Shown here one piece after another: positions 9,441-19,376 of a stretch of DNA of 64,000 bases. Under the pieces are notes generated by a model. That model made no database searches and had not been told where the DNA came from. It saw nothing but the letters and a program-made list of their open reading frames with translations. Origin of the DNA: Nitrospirota bacterium (GTDB taxonomy: Bacteria > Nitrospirota > UBA9217); the NCBI GenBank assembly GCA_963751455.1, contig CAVVUN010000002.1:1-64000 (forward strand), read 5' to 3'. Positions within the stretch are counted from its first letter, which is position 1; each line of letters opens with the position of its first letter. The position numbers and the translations under genes are program-made.

Positions 9441-9990
9441 TCATGCGTCTCCTCCGGGTTCGACGTCCATGATGTTTTTAAGATCTTTAACCTCATGAGA
9501 TTCACAGGAAACCACGAGCGCAAACATGTTTCGGCTGTATCTCTGGTCATACGGCATTTTTTTCCGGCGATAACGCCTGGTGTAAAATAAAAAACCCATG
9601 AAGTTCGCGATCGACCCTATCAGGATAATTCCTTCGAACCCGATCACGCTGTACGGAATAAGAGAGACAGCGTGTTTTCCTCCTACGATGATATTGTTTA
9701 CGAGGGCCGTTCCGCCTGCGAGGATATACCCGCCGGTCAGTCCCGTAAGCGCGCCTATAAGCGTCCAGAACCGGACAGGACTCGGCCGGTAACCGAGCAC
9801 ACGTTCGAGTTTCACGATCCTGACCGGCGAAAAAAATTCGATCCGGTGGTATCCGGCCGCTTTAACTTTCTTTGCGGCTTCGACCAGGGCGCGGGCATCG
9901 AGGTAGCGCGCGGTAATCGTCGCGGCGGTGGCGTCCAATTTTATTTGCTCAGCCGCTGCGAACTCTTCCACGACAACGTGTTCCGTTTCT
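9441..9990 (-). CDS. actD: ACIII subunit D (DUF3341), possibly fused to actC
   Basis: A...V...GY..IE.FSP, two TMs, IVGGK...S..PY.VI.FE..IL and YD.R.S...F motifs. Confidence 0.75.
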
Positions 9991-11309
9991 TTTTCCCAAC
10001 CGCTGCTTTCAGGTCGGTGCTCGGAACCGCGGGAAGCGGCTTCGCGAACAGCAGATAGAAGAAGAAAAAGAAACAGAAGGAGCCTATCGTGATGCCGATC
10101 TTCGATCAGGTTCGGGAAATAGGAGGACCAGTTGTGCGGCATGAAATCGTGTCCCGTGGCGGAAGTGACGATCATGACCCGTTCGAGCCACATGCCGACA
10201 TTGACAAGGATGCCGATCCGAATAGCCAGTACACGTTCCGGCGCAACCGCTTGAAAACGAAGAGCGAGCGCAATGAAACATTGAAAAAGAAAAGAGACCA
10301 GTACAGCGGGCGCGAGCCCGCCGAATGCCAGACAACACATGTGCTGCGATCTCGAACTTGTCCCCGCTGTACCAGGCAATGAACGGTTCGAGCACATAGG
10401 AGTAGCCCATGATCCCGGTGGTGACGAGTATCGTCTTCGCGACAGCATCAAGGTGTTCGATTTTAATGATCTCTTTCAGGTTCAGAAGCCTTCGCATCGG
10501 GATGAGCAGCACCAGCGCCAGGGCAAGGCCGGAATGGATGGCGCCGGCCACGAAATAGGGCGCGAAGAGGGTGGTGTGCCAGCCGGGGAGCAGGCTCATG
10601 GCGAAGTCCCATGAGACAATGGAGTGCACCGAGATGACCAGCGGTGTGGCAAGCGCCGCGAAATAAAGATAGCTGCGGCCATAATGACGCCACTGCTCCG
10701 CCGGCCCCGGACCAGCCTGCGGAAAGTATTCGGTAGAATATCGATCTTCCAGTGACTCGGGCCGAGAGTCGCCTCGCACCTGTCCCGGAAGGACGCAAGA
10801 TCGGGAGCAGACCAATAAAGAAGAAGATCAGGCTGACTGTTAAATAGGTGCTGATCGCCAGAACGTCCCAGAAGAGAGGGCTCATGAAGTTCGGCCAGAG
10901 CTGGCGCTGGCTGGGGTACGGAAGAATGTAATAAATGACCCATAAGCGGCCCAGATGGACCATCGGAAACAGTCCGGCGGTCATAATCGCAAAAATCGTC
11001 ATTGCCTCCGTGGCCCGCGAAACGGAGTCCCGCCATTTCGCCCTGAGCAGATAACAGGATCGCAGAGATCAGAGTGCCCGAGTGCGCGATACCGACCCAG
11101 AACACGAAGTTTGCGATATAGACCCCCCAGTCGATCGGCTGATGGATATTGGCTGCGCCCATGCCGTACTTCACCTGGTACAGCCAGAGTCCTGCTGCCA
11201 GAAGTATCCCGGCACCCAGAACGAGCAGGACGATGAAGTACAGTAAGGGCGGACGCTCTGTTGCTTTCAGGACCTTGTCGTCTATTTGCGAGTAGGATAG
11301 CTCTGCCAT
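9942..11309 (-). CDS. actC: ACIII subunit C, NrfD/PsrC family (several frameshifts)
   Basis: Pieces in different frames: WGVYIANFVFWVGIAHSGTLISAIL, HLGR.W..YY..PYP..RQLWPNF.SPL.WD, LATPLVISVHSIVSWDFA..L.PGWHTT..APYFVAGAIHSG, GMWLER..I. Confidence 0.85.
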
Positions 11310-11337
11310 ATGGGTTGCCAATCTAACAAGTATGACA

Positions 11338-11366
11338 TTGACTTCTTAATATCATTTGAGTATCAT
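11338..11366 (+). promoter_or_regulatory. Sigma70-type promoter of the toxin-antitoxin pair
   Basis: TTGACT-17 nt-TATCAT, followed by AAGGAG and ATG at 11386. Confidence 0.55.
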
Positions 11367-11385
11367 TCTTTTAAGGAGATACACT

Positions 11386-11589
11386 ATGCCGCAGACACTT
11401 GAAGCAAAAATCATTAAAAGGACCAAAAGAGGCATTCAAATAGAGATTCGAAAAGACAACTTCGAAGCTTTTTGCGATTCGATAGGACTTTACCGTAAAG
11501 AGTTTATAGATGCGCTGGACTCCTCGGAACGGGACCACAAAGCCGGGCGCGTGACAAAACGGAAGTCCCTGCATGAGTTGATCGAGTAG
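11386..11589 (+). CDS. Putative antitoxin
   Basis: 67 aa, directly upstream of the RelE-like gene; C-terminal F..AL..SE.D.KAGRV...SL.EL resembles antitoxin tails. Confidence 0.6.
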   Translation: MPQTLEAKIIKRTKRGIQIEIRKDNFEAFCDSIGLYRKEFIDALDSSERDHKAGRVTKRKSLHELIE

Positions 11590-11856
11590 ATGCTCATGAT
11601 CGAAATCTCGACCACCGCCACATTTGACCGTCTCTTCAAAAAACTGCCCCGTACCATTCAGAAGAAGGCCGCCGAAAAAACGGAGCATTTTAAAACCAAT
11701 CCTTTTCATCCATCGCTCCATACTGAAAAGCTGCATCCTAAACACCACGAAGTGTGGAGTTTTCGGATAGACAGAGCATACCGGGTCATTTTCAAATTTA
11801 TGGATTCAGGTCATGCCGAGCCTCCGATATATCGGTCATCATCATTCCATCTATGA
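11590..11856 (+). CDS. Type II toxin, RelE/ParE family (C-terminus probably frameshifted)
   Basis: T.TF.R.FKKLP..IQ...NPFHPSLHTEKL...WSFRI...YRVIF. Confidence 0.8.
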   Translation: MLMIEISTTATFDRLFKKLPRTIQKKAAEKTEHFKTNPFHPSLHTEKLHPKHHEVWSFRIDRAYRVIFKFMDSGHAEPPIYRSSSFHL

Positions 11857-11933
11857 TTATGATTTGTTTACGTAGCTGTTCTCCCTGCGCCCTCTGATGC
11901 TTGACAGTTGCCTGACCAAACGGTGAAACTTTA

Positions 11934-12000
11934 CCCCCATCACTTCGTTCCTTTCCCCCGTAGGAGAGAGGAGAAAAAACTACCTCGCCACAGGAGAGGG
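11934..12000. repeat. CCCTCTCCC..GGGAGAGGG-like palindromic repeat remnant
   Basis: CCCCCATCACTTCGTTCCTTTCCCCCGTAGGAGAGAGG, followed by CCTCGCCACAGGAGAGGG. Confidence 0.45.
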
Positions 12001-12018
12001 CTGATGAGGGAAAATTTT

Positions 12019-12636
12019 TCACGGGTCTTTGGTCCGAGGCTTTGCCTCTTCTTTGATAAACTCATATGGATCTTGTTTATCGTAGTTATATTTATTGTCA
12101 ATACATACGAATCTGTCTATTTTATTATTTATTATTTTCTCTCTTAATAACTCTACGACTCTGCCATTTGGGTTAACTTGAAAACCTCCTCCATTTTTAA
12201 CAGCTCCTAGAAAAATATAAGCATCATCTATGATGGGCCATTTTGGCATTTCTATTATAATTTCATAAATATAATCAGTTTTGGTGGATTTCATAATATT
12301 GTACAAGCTTTTTACCTCATCTATATCTTTGGGTTTTTGCATACCAAAAAAACATGCTGTTTCTGAATATTTGTCGTATAGGTTTCCAATGGTCGGCCAA
12401 AAATAATCCCCGTCAACTCTATAAAAAGGTCCGTAAGTTTCTCCTCGGAGTAACTTTAGCCCTACGATCCAATCAAATGACTCAATGAACCAATCTCTTG
12501 GTTCAGGTATTATTGTAGGGTTGATCTTCGGGTTCTTTTCTAAACCCTGCACTTGTACAGGGGGCATTTTCCCCTGGCATAGTTTAATAAATTTTTCATA
12601 TCTCTCGGTAAATTTCATTCCTTGATCATCCTTCAT
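12019..12636 (-). CDS. AT-rich hypothetical protein, cassette-like
   Basis: Real start probably MKDDQG or MKFTERY, just downstream of the attC-like GTTGGCT; strongly AT-rich relative to the act genes. Confidence 0.6.
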   Translation of the reverse strand: MKDDQGMKFTERYEKFIKLCQGKMPPVQVQGLEKNPKINPTIIPEPRDWFIESFDWIVGLKLLRGETYGPFYRVDGDYFWPTIGNLYDKYSETACFFGMQKPKDIDEVKSLYNIMKSTKTDYIYEIIIEMPKWPIIDDAYIFLGAVKNGGGFQVNPNGRVVELLREKIINNKIDRFVCIDNKYNYDKQDPYEFIKEEAKPRTKDP

Positions 12637-12640
12637 TTTA

Positions 12641-12730
12641 AGCCAACGTCGAAGATGAGCACAGCACTCGCTGGCCGCGTGTCGGCACGTGAGTGTGAGG
12701 GACGCTGGCTCTGGCGTCAGGATTAAGGCT
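12641..12730 (-). other. Degenerate integron attC-like recombination site
   Basis: Minus strand AGCCTTAATCCTGACGCCAGAGCCA...CACTCACGTGCCGACACG...GAGTGCTGTGCTCATCTTCGACGTTGGCT: imperfect palindrome with R''-like and R'-like ends between two co-oriented ORFs. Confidence 0.5.
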
Positions 12731-13216
12731 TCTTCATTCCAAAGGTCATATTCCCACTCTGACAGTGATTTCGGACGTGCTCGCTTCTTAAGCGCGATAA
12801 TCCATCTCTCGTAGTCGGCAATCGAGTCTGACATCGTCCAAGAGCCGACAAGCTTCGCCCGTCGAAGAACAATGCCATCTATGGGGCAGTGCGGAGGAGC
12901 TTCCCGACTTTCCAAGACGCCACAAAAACTTAAGATAAAGATTAAATGCTTTTTGTGACGTCCCGATTCTTAATCTTCCTCCGTGCAAATCTCTCCAGTG
13001 ACGCGCAGAGATGGAGCTAGATATAGCTTCGATATGCCTGATGTGATCTTCTTCTTTTACTGTTGCGCGATAGAAATGGGAACGAAAAATTATCTCGTCA
13101 GCCCAATACTTCCGTATCTCCGCTCTTCTTTTGAAGTCCACACCATCGCGGTAAACCAGATTGCGCTGCAAAGCGGCTTTGAGCGAATTACGCAACGCGT
13201 CAGTTTCATTCCGCAC
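12722..13216 (-). CDS. Hypothetical protein (frameshift near 12900; stop probably lost in GCC-TTAA)
   Basis: RIGTSQKAFNLYLKFLW continues in another frame as PPHCPIDGIVL...EWEYDLWNEEA. Confidence 0.6.
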
Positions 13217-13364
13217 GCTGACTTTTATCAGGAAGGGTCTTCCATATTTTTGTCAACTTTGTATTCCTGAAGGTTATCCGATCCCATATTTCGATAATTG
13301 TTGTGTCGTTTCTTGCCTGTATGTTCTATTCTCAATTGTCTACAGTATTAAGCTGGTCAGCCTA

Positions 13365-13394
13365 GTAGGTTGAGCACAGGGCAGCCCAACCTGC
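13365..13394. repeat. GTAG-type REP-like hairpin
   Basis: GTAGGTTGAGCACAGGGCAGCCCAACCTGC. Confidence 0.55.
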
Positions 13395-13399
13395 ATCTG

Positions 13400-14452
13400 C
13401 TACATCACGCTCGCCGCGTTTGATTCGTTCGAATGCTCCACGCCAGCATCTATGATTTCAACCATATCCTCACCGGTAAACGGCGTCCCGTCAAGAAGCT
13501 TTCCTGAAAGCCGAAATGTTGCGAGTGCTGCACCGGAAAACCATGCCTGCACGGAAGCTCTGTCAAAGTGAACCGTCAGATCGGGTATCCCGTCTCCATT
13601 GACATCTCCGATACCGGCTGGTGAACCCGGCGCAACGTGAATGACATTTGAACTGACCGGCGCTACAGCCTGGAGCGTGATGGTCGTTATATCTATTTGC
13701 GAGGGATCAGCTATACCATCCGGGAGTTGGATGACAGCATGTACATATTGTCCCTTTGCCTTTTTGTTGATCTTGTCAGGGTTGATATCAACAATCAGCT
13801 GTAAGCGGGCATGCCGGCTGGCAGAACCGTATAAAATCTATGTCAGCTTTTCCGTCTACCCCAAATGTTCCATCGCCGATAGGAACCGTGGAATACCATC
13901 CCCGCCTGAAGTTGTACCAGTATGGCGAATAGACCCGTCTATAAAAAAGTCGTAAGGTTTATTTATTTCAGTCGACGCGGGGCCAACGATTTTATAAGTG
14001 TGAAAGTCATCAGTCGTGTTGAAGTCGAAAAGATATTCGCCGGGGAGTACTATGCCCGACGAGCCAAAACCAAATTCGTAATCATAGCTTGCATCGGCGA
14101 CCTCAAAATCGATGCCCCAACCAAATGGGACTGTTTGTAACACTTTCATCCGGAACTCAAGGACAAAATCTTGAGTCGGGTCGTATGCGTTTGACAGTTG
14201 ATACCAGGCTGAAGTTCCCAGACCTATTGTATTCATGTGAAGAACTCCACCGCTTACAGAAAATATTGAACTCTCCGGAGGGTTGGTCGCATTCGGGACT
14301 CCGCCGGCATAATAAGTCAGCCCCTGGCTGCTCAGCAGGATCCCGTCCTGGTTAAACTCCAGAATCACGTTGCTTCCGAAAGCATTGGTATTCCCCAGCA
14401 CCCCTATTCCCCATACTACCATCACTATCAAGAGTTTTTTGTATCTCCACAT
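13400..14452 (-). CDS. Secreted beta-rich protein with a C-terminal GDVNGDGIPDL domain (frameshift near 13800-13870)
   Basis: AGGAGG RBS, signal peptide, lectin/LamG-like beta segment; a second frame continues to IGDVNGDGIPDLTVHFD...SGKLLDGTPFTGED and TAG at 13400. Confidence 0.6.
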
Positions 14453-14528
14453 GTGATGCCTCCTGATTGACTATGATTTGTTCATTCATATAGCTATTAT
14501 TTCTCTGTGCCCTCTGTGGCAAGATAGT

Positions 14529-17428
14529 TTATGTCTTTTCCTCTTGCAAAATCCTGTACAGATACGTGATCGCGGGCTTGGTGTTCAATTCCTCCAGCAC
14601 ATGGTAGCGCCGGGGATCGTTCCGTGTAATTTTGCTTACGGCTGATTCCGGGTCCAGCAGGTCGCCGAAGGTGAAGACTTTTGCCGGGCAGGTCTGCGCG
14701 CATGCCGGGATCGATCTCTCCGTCCCGGACCTTCCTGTTTTCGCAGCTTCGCGCGATATTCCGCATTCCGGATGCGCTGCACGCAGAACGTGCATTTTTC
14801 CATGACCCCCCTGACGCGGACCGTCACTTCGGGGTTCAGCTGCCACGTGAGGGATTTGTCCCATTCGATATTGACCCAGTTGAACCGGCGGACTTTGTAG
14901 GGGCAGTTGTTGGAACAATAGCGCGTCCCGATGCACCTGTTGTAAATCTGGGCATTCAACCCATCCTCGTTATGGGCCGCGGCGAATACCGGGCAAACCG
15001 GCTCGCACGGGGCCTGATCGCAATGCTGGCAGAGCATCGGCAGCCACCCGACTCTGTGCGGATGATCGTGAAGACGATATGGTACCACCCTGAGCCAGGG
15101 AATATGCCTTCCCTTCATGACCTGTTTTCTCCCCACAACCGGAATATTGTTCTCTGCATAGCACGCAACAGCGCAGGCGCCGCAGCCGATGCAGCGTTGA
15201 AGGTCAATGGTCATAGCCCACCGGTGTTTCTTATGTTCATGAGGCTTATACAGGTCGCGCCCCTTTGCATAACTTTCCGCAAGGGGAAGGATCAGCGGCC
15301 CCGGCTTCATGGAACGCGCCTCATCCAGATGCTTCCATTGCAGGATCTCACGGTCATGCTGGTCACTCGTAGTCATGCTTTTGGCCGGTTCTTCGGTCCG
15401 CCCGGTTTTGCGGATTTTGACACGGCCGAAGGACCCGTTAAGCGGCTCACCCCGGGACAATAGTTTAAAGGCGTTTACGCCGACGTTGGCAGCGATTGAC
15501 CCTATCGCGGAATGACCCTGACCGAAGCAAACAGCCGCGACCTCCTCGGCAACATCTTCGGTTACCCGTGCCGGGGCCTGGATGGACCGGCCGTCACGCG
15601 TTGCGATCTCAATGACGTCTCCGGACCGGATTTTCAGCAGCTGTGCCTTCCTGGGATGCAGATCTATTGAGTTTCCCCACGTGATCGTGCTGATTGGTTC
15701 GGGCGCCTCCTGAAGCCAGCCCCGATTGGCAGCGCGGCCGTCAAAGAGCATAATCGAGGACCAGAGCCACAGGTATGCCTCGTCTTCCTGCATTGGAGAT
15801 GCGGAATTGCGTGTGCCTGGCAACAGGGAGATACCGGTTTTTACTGGAGCTGCTGTCTTCGATTTTGTTGCCGCTGGCGAGGACCAGGAGCCTCCTCTCC
15901 GTACGGCTTCTTCCCAGTTGACCGAAGCACTCCGGGAATTCCAGCGATTGCGAAGCCAATCATAGGTTGTTTCGATCGGAGAACCGTCCGGTTTTCTTCT
16001 CAGCACTTTTTGCGCTGTAGCTGCAATCTTTATAAAAAGATCACCGGTATCCATAGAATCGGTTAAGGGCGTCATTGTAGGCTGCATAAGACCTCGAACG
16101 CCCGTCCAGGGCTCGTATTCTCCCCAGGATTCGAGGTCGTCGTTTACGGGCACCACCCAATCCGCAATGGCCGCGGTCTCATCCATCATGGTCCCCAGGT
16201 ATACGATCAAACCTGCATTTCCGAGAAGCTCCTCGCATCCCGGTCTGGTGAATACCGGATTGGTTTTATGGACGATCAGTACATCATCCCGCGTGATGCT
16301 TTTTAAAAAAGCCATGAACTGATCTTCATCAGCTGCCCCGGACAGGGCATGAGTACGGGAGAAATCGATAATGCTTCCCGCGCTCCCTGCAGCAATATTC
16401 AGCAGAGCTGCTGCGACCGCAAGTTCTTCGGCTTCCCGGCCGATGGCTCCCACAGGACCGGCGAGTGCAAGCGAGCGAGATTTGCTGAAGCGGCGCGCCA
16501 TCAGCCGGAGCTCCGTTTCCGAAAGAGACGGGCTTACAACCGAGCGAACGTCAATGCCCGCGACAAGGGGCTTGATAAGCTCTGCGCCTGTGCGCAGCAT
16601 ATTCTCATCAGACATGATCCTGAGCATGGCGAGCGCTACGTCCTTTTCCCGCCCCGGGTGGACAGGTATAAATCTATCCGCATTCGCGGCCGTCATCGAG
16701 AGCCGCGGTCCGACGTAATCAAAGCGGCCGATGCTGCCGTTTCTGAATGCATGCATGTTCGAGAATTCGTACGCGTACTGAACATTGGATATCCAGGATT
16801 CGAGAAAGTCGGCGCCGAAGCTGATGATGTAATCGCATTGCCCGAGATTATAATAAGGGATATTTGCCAGGCCGTGAACCGCTGCATGTGCCTTGCGGAG
16901 AGGGCCATAATGAAAGGGTTCATAAAAAAGAAGCCTGTTCGACTTGAAGATCGAGATGAACGAGGACATTATTTCGGAGAGTGTCCCGGTTTCAACTCTG
17001 CTCATGATAGCAATGCGGCCGTTTGCCTTCCGGATCCATTCTCCGATACGGGCAAGAGCTGTATCGCGGCTTTCCCGGCGGAACGGGCCGGTCCTTTCCC
17101 TTGTCTGTATCTCTTTTAGGCGGTCCGGGTCGTAAATACCCTGAAGTGCTGATTGACCGCGCGGACATAAGCCGCCGCGATTAACAGGGTGCTCGGGATT
17201 CCCCTCCGCTTTTATGATCCTTCCATTAATATGCCGGACATGCATTCCGCACCCGGCGGGACATTCCCTGCAGGTGGTTGCCAGGCCGGTCCAGGCAATA
17301 GGGGACACGTTCTCAGGAGGGACGACATAGGGCACCAGCTTGCCGACCTTTTTGAGGCCCTTCTCGGTAGCAAACGACGCTCCTCCGACAGCGGCAAGCT
17401 TCATGAATGTGCGTCGTGAAAATTTCAT
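14529..17428 (-). CDS. actB: ACIII subunit B: molybdopterin-oxidoreductase-like domain plus 4Fe-4S dicluster domain (frameshift near the 3' end)
   Basis: Tat motif [15 protein letters not shown]...[59 protein letters not shown] and [13 protein letters not shown]. Confidence 0.9.
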
Positions 17429-17440
17429 GGATGTCTCGTA

Positions 17441-17492
17441 ACAAATCCTAAGCACTAATTTCTAAATCCTAAACAACATCGAAGTTCAAAAA
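17441..17492. repeat. Heptamer repeat arm upstream of actB
   Basis: CAAATCCTAAGCACTAATTTCTAAATCCTAAACAACATCGAAGTTCAAAA, similar to the arm at 39165. Confidence 0.6.
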
Positions 17493-17674
17493 TGGTTTAA
17501 AATACATGCCGTCTCATGGCTGATCATCTCCGGTTCCGGGCCGTGGCTCCACGCAGGAATATAGCCTTCCGCAATCGCCCACAATTTGCTGCCGATCGGC
17601 GTTTTAATCAATGCGCTCCTCCTTAGTTTAAAATAAAAATATGAAATATAGTTCCACGAATGCGAGAAACCTTT

Positions 17675-18115
17675 CTATTGCTGGCATGCCTGGTACGGCT
17701 CGGTGCCGTGAAGGGAGTCGCCAACCTGGTACATCCAATGTATTGCCTCATGACAGACGATCCACGGCTCGCGTCCCGAGTTTCTCACGTACATTATGTT
17801 CGGTTCAAATAAAATGTATCCATCGTAGGGACCCTGCCCCTGCACCATAAATTGATCGTTGATCAGCACGAGCCTCGGGTGGGGCTTTGGTTCCTGAATG
17901 CCGAAGTGCTGATTCAGGCAGGCGATTGTCCTATCGAAAACAGCCTTATCCTGTGGCCGGTCGTCGATGCTTCCCTCCCAGACGACTTTCTGTCCGACGA
18001 GGGAAGAGGGTGCTGATTCACTTCCGCACCCGGAAAAAAGCATGCATATCAGCGAGCAGATGACGACTCCGGGGGCGATACCCGATTCATGCTGTCTATT
18101 CATACCGTTTTCCAA
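17675..18115 (-). CDS. Putative lipoprotein with HExxH zinc-peptidase-like motif
   Basis: Lipobox LFSGC; VCHEAIHW near the C-terminus. Confidence 0.55.
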   Translation of the reverse strand: MENGMNRQHESGIAPGVVICSLICMLFSGCGSESAPSSLVGQKVVWEGSIDDRPQDKAVFDRTIACLNQHFGIQEPKPHPRLVLINDQFMVQGQGPYDGYILFEPNIMYVRNSGREPWIVCHEAIHWMYQVGDSLHGTEPYQACQQ

Positions 18116-18151
18116 GATGTTCCGGCAATGGTGTTTAAACGGTGTTTGTCG

Positions 18152-18679
18152 CTAGTTCGGGGCATCTCCTTCAGTTTCGAGAGTCAGGAGAACCGCTATC
18201 ATAACTTCCCGGTACGGATTGCTGCTGCCGATCAAAAGGGCTATCATTTTCCTAAGAGCAGGGACCAGGCAAAGAAAGATCAGGTCGCGGGCCTCCTCGA
18301 CCGAATCCTGAACGACCAGGGACCGCAGCATGATCGTAATATGATCAGGCAGTTCATTTCTGTAGGAAACATGGGAGCCATAGTGCTCTCTCATCCTGAC
18401 CACGAATAGGCTCCGGCTGCGGTCCTCGGCGAATAAATGATGTCCCACATAGGGGCAGCACGCTGCCTGCAGGTCGAAGGTCTCGATATATATCTCCTCG
18501 AGCCGGGACAGCGGGTTCGAATGACAAAAATCAAGGAAACGATCGATATGAGGCTTGGTGGCCGGATTCGCAAGCTCCAGGGTCGGGGCTGCCTCGCGGG
18601 CCTGTGCAGCGATCCGATGCGTAGGATAGTCGAGCATCTCAGCGAGCAGGCCGAAAATTTTTTTCCCTTTATTTTCCAT
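18152..18679 (-). CDS. narJ: NarJ-like molybdoenzyme assembly chaperone
   Basis: LA.MLDYP, LEEIYIETFDL...CCPYVG.HLF and ELPDHI..ML motifs. Confidence 0.75.
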   Translation of the reverse strand: MENKGKKIFGLLAEMLDYPTHRIAAQAREAAPTLELANPATKPHIDRFLDFCHSNPLSRLEEIYIETFDLQAACCPYVGHHLFAEDRSRSLFVVRMREHYGSHVSYRNELPDHITIMLRSLVVQDSVEEARDLIFLCLVPALRKMIALLIGSSNPYREVMIAVLLTLETEGDAPN

Positions 18680-18752
18680 GTAACGCCCGTGTGATCCGGC
18701 AGTTCTGAAAGGGATTCCGCCGCATGCAAAAAAAGGCATGAAATGGCAGGTG

Positions 18753-19361
18753 CTAACCTGCCTTTTTCATGAGCTGCTGGAACAGCTCCAGCCTGCTCTC
18801 GATGACGTTCCAGTTTATGTTTTTCATGAACGCCTGGATGTAGTCGGCTCTCTTCAACTGGTAGTCGGTCATGAACGCGTGCTCGAAGACGTCCATGATC
18901 AGAAGCGGGCTGCATCCGGCAGGGTGGCCGCCGTCGTGCTCGTTGATCCAGAAATTGAAGAGCTTGCCGCTTACCGTGTCCTGATAGAGAATGCTCCAGC
19001 CTATTCCCCGCATCATGCCGGTTGCCTTGAAATCATTTTCCCAGTTTTCAAAGCTGCCGAAATCCCCGGTCATTTTACGGGCAAGTTCGCTGTTCTTATT
19101 GAAGGCCGATTTGCCGCCGAGGTTCTCGAAATAGAGTTCATGCAGGCGCATACCGTCGAATTCCCACCCGAGCCGGCGTTTGAGCTCCGAATATTCCGGG
19201 GTGGTTCCTTCGTTCGCCTTGATTATCCGGTTCAGGTTGTCCAGAATTTTATTCGTGTTCGTTACGTATCCCTGATAGAGGGTGAAATGATTCTTAAGCA
19301 GCGTTTCACTGAAACCCTCCATTCCTATCAATTTTGAATAGTCTTTTGCACTATATGACAT
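18753..19361 (-). CDS. sod: Fe/Mn superoxide dismutase family protein
   Basis: HFTLYQGYV.N.N, LHELYFENL and MDVFEHAF metal-ligand motifs. Confidence 0.85.
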   Translation of the reverse strand: MSYSAKDYSKLIGMEGFSETLLKNHFTLYQGYVTNTNKILDNLNRIIKANEGTTPEYSELKRRLGWEFDGMRLHELYFENLGGKSAFNKNSELARKMTGDFGSFENWENDFKATGMMRGIGWSILYQDTVSGKLFNFWINEHDGGHPAGCSPLLIMDVFEHAFMTDYQLKRADYIQAFMKNINWNVIESRLELFQQLMKKAG

Positions 19362-19376
19362 GCCGGAACCTCCTTT

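Noticed and set aside
12019-12915. Single 298-aa protein as predicted
   Set aside because: It appears chimeric: tail of the upstream gene, an attC-like palindrome and a separate AT-rich gene.
13384-13390. GTTGGGC as a second attC core site
   Set aside because: It lies within a short GTAG-type REP-like hairpin, and no matching R'' and L boxes are visible.
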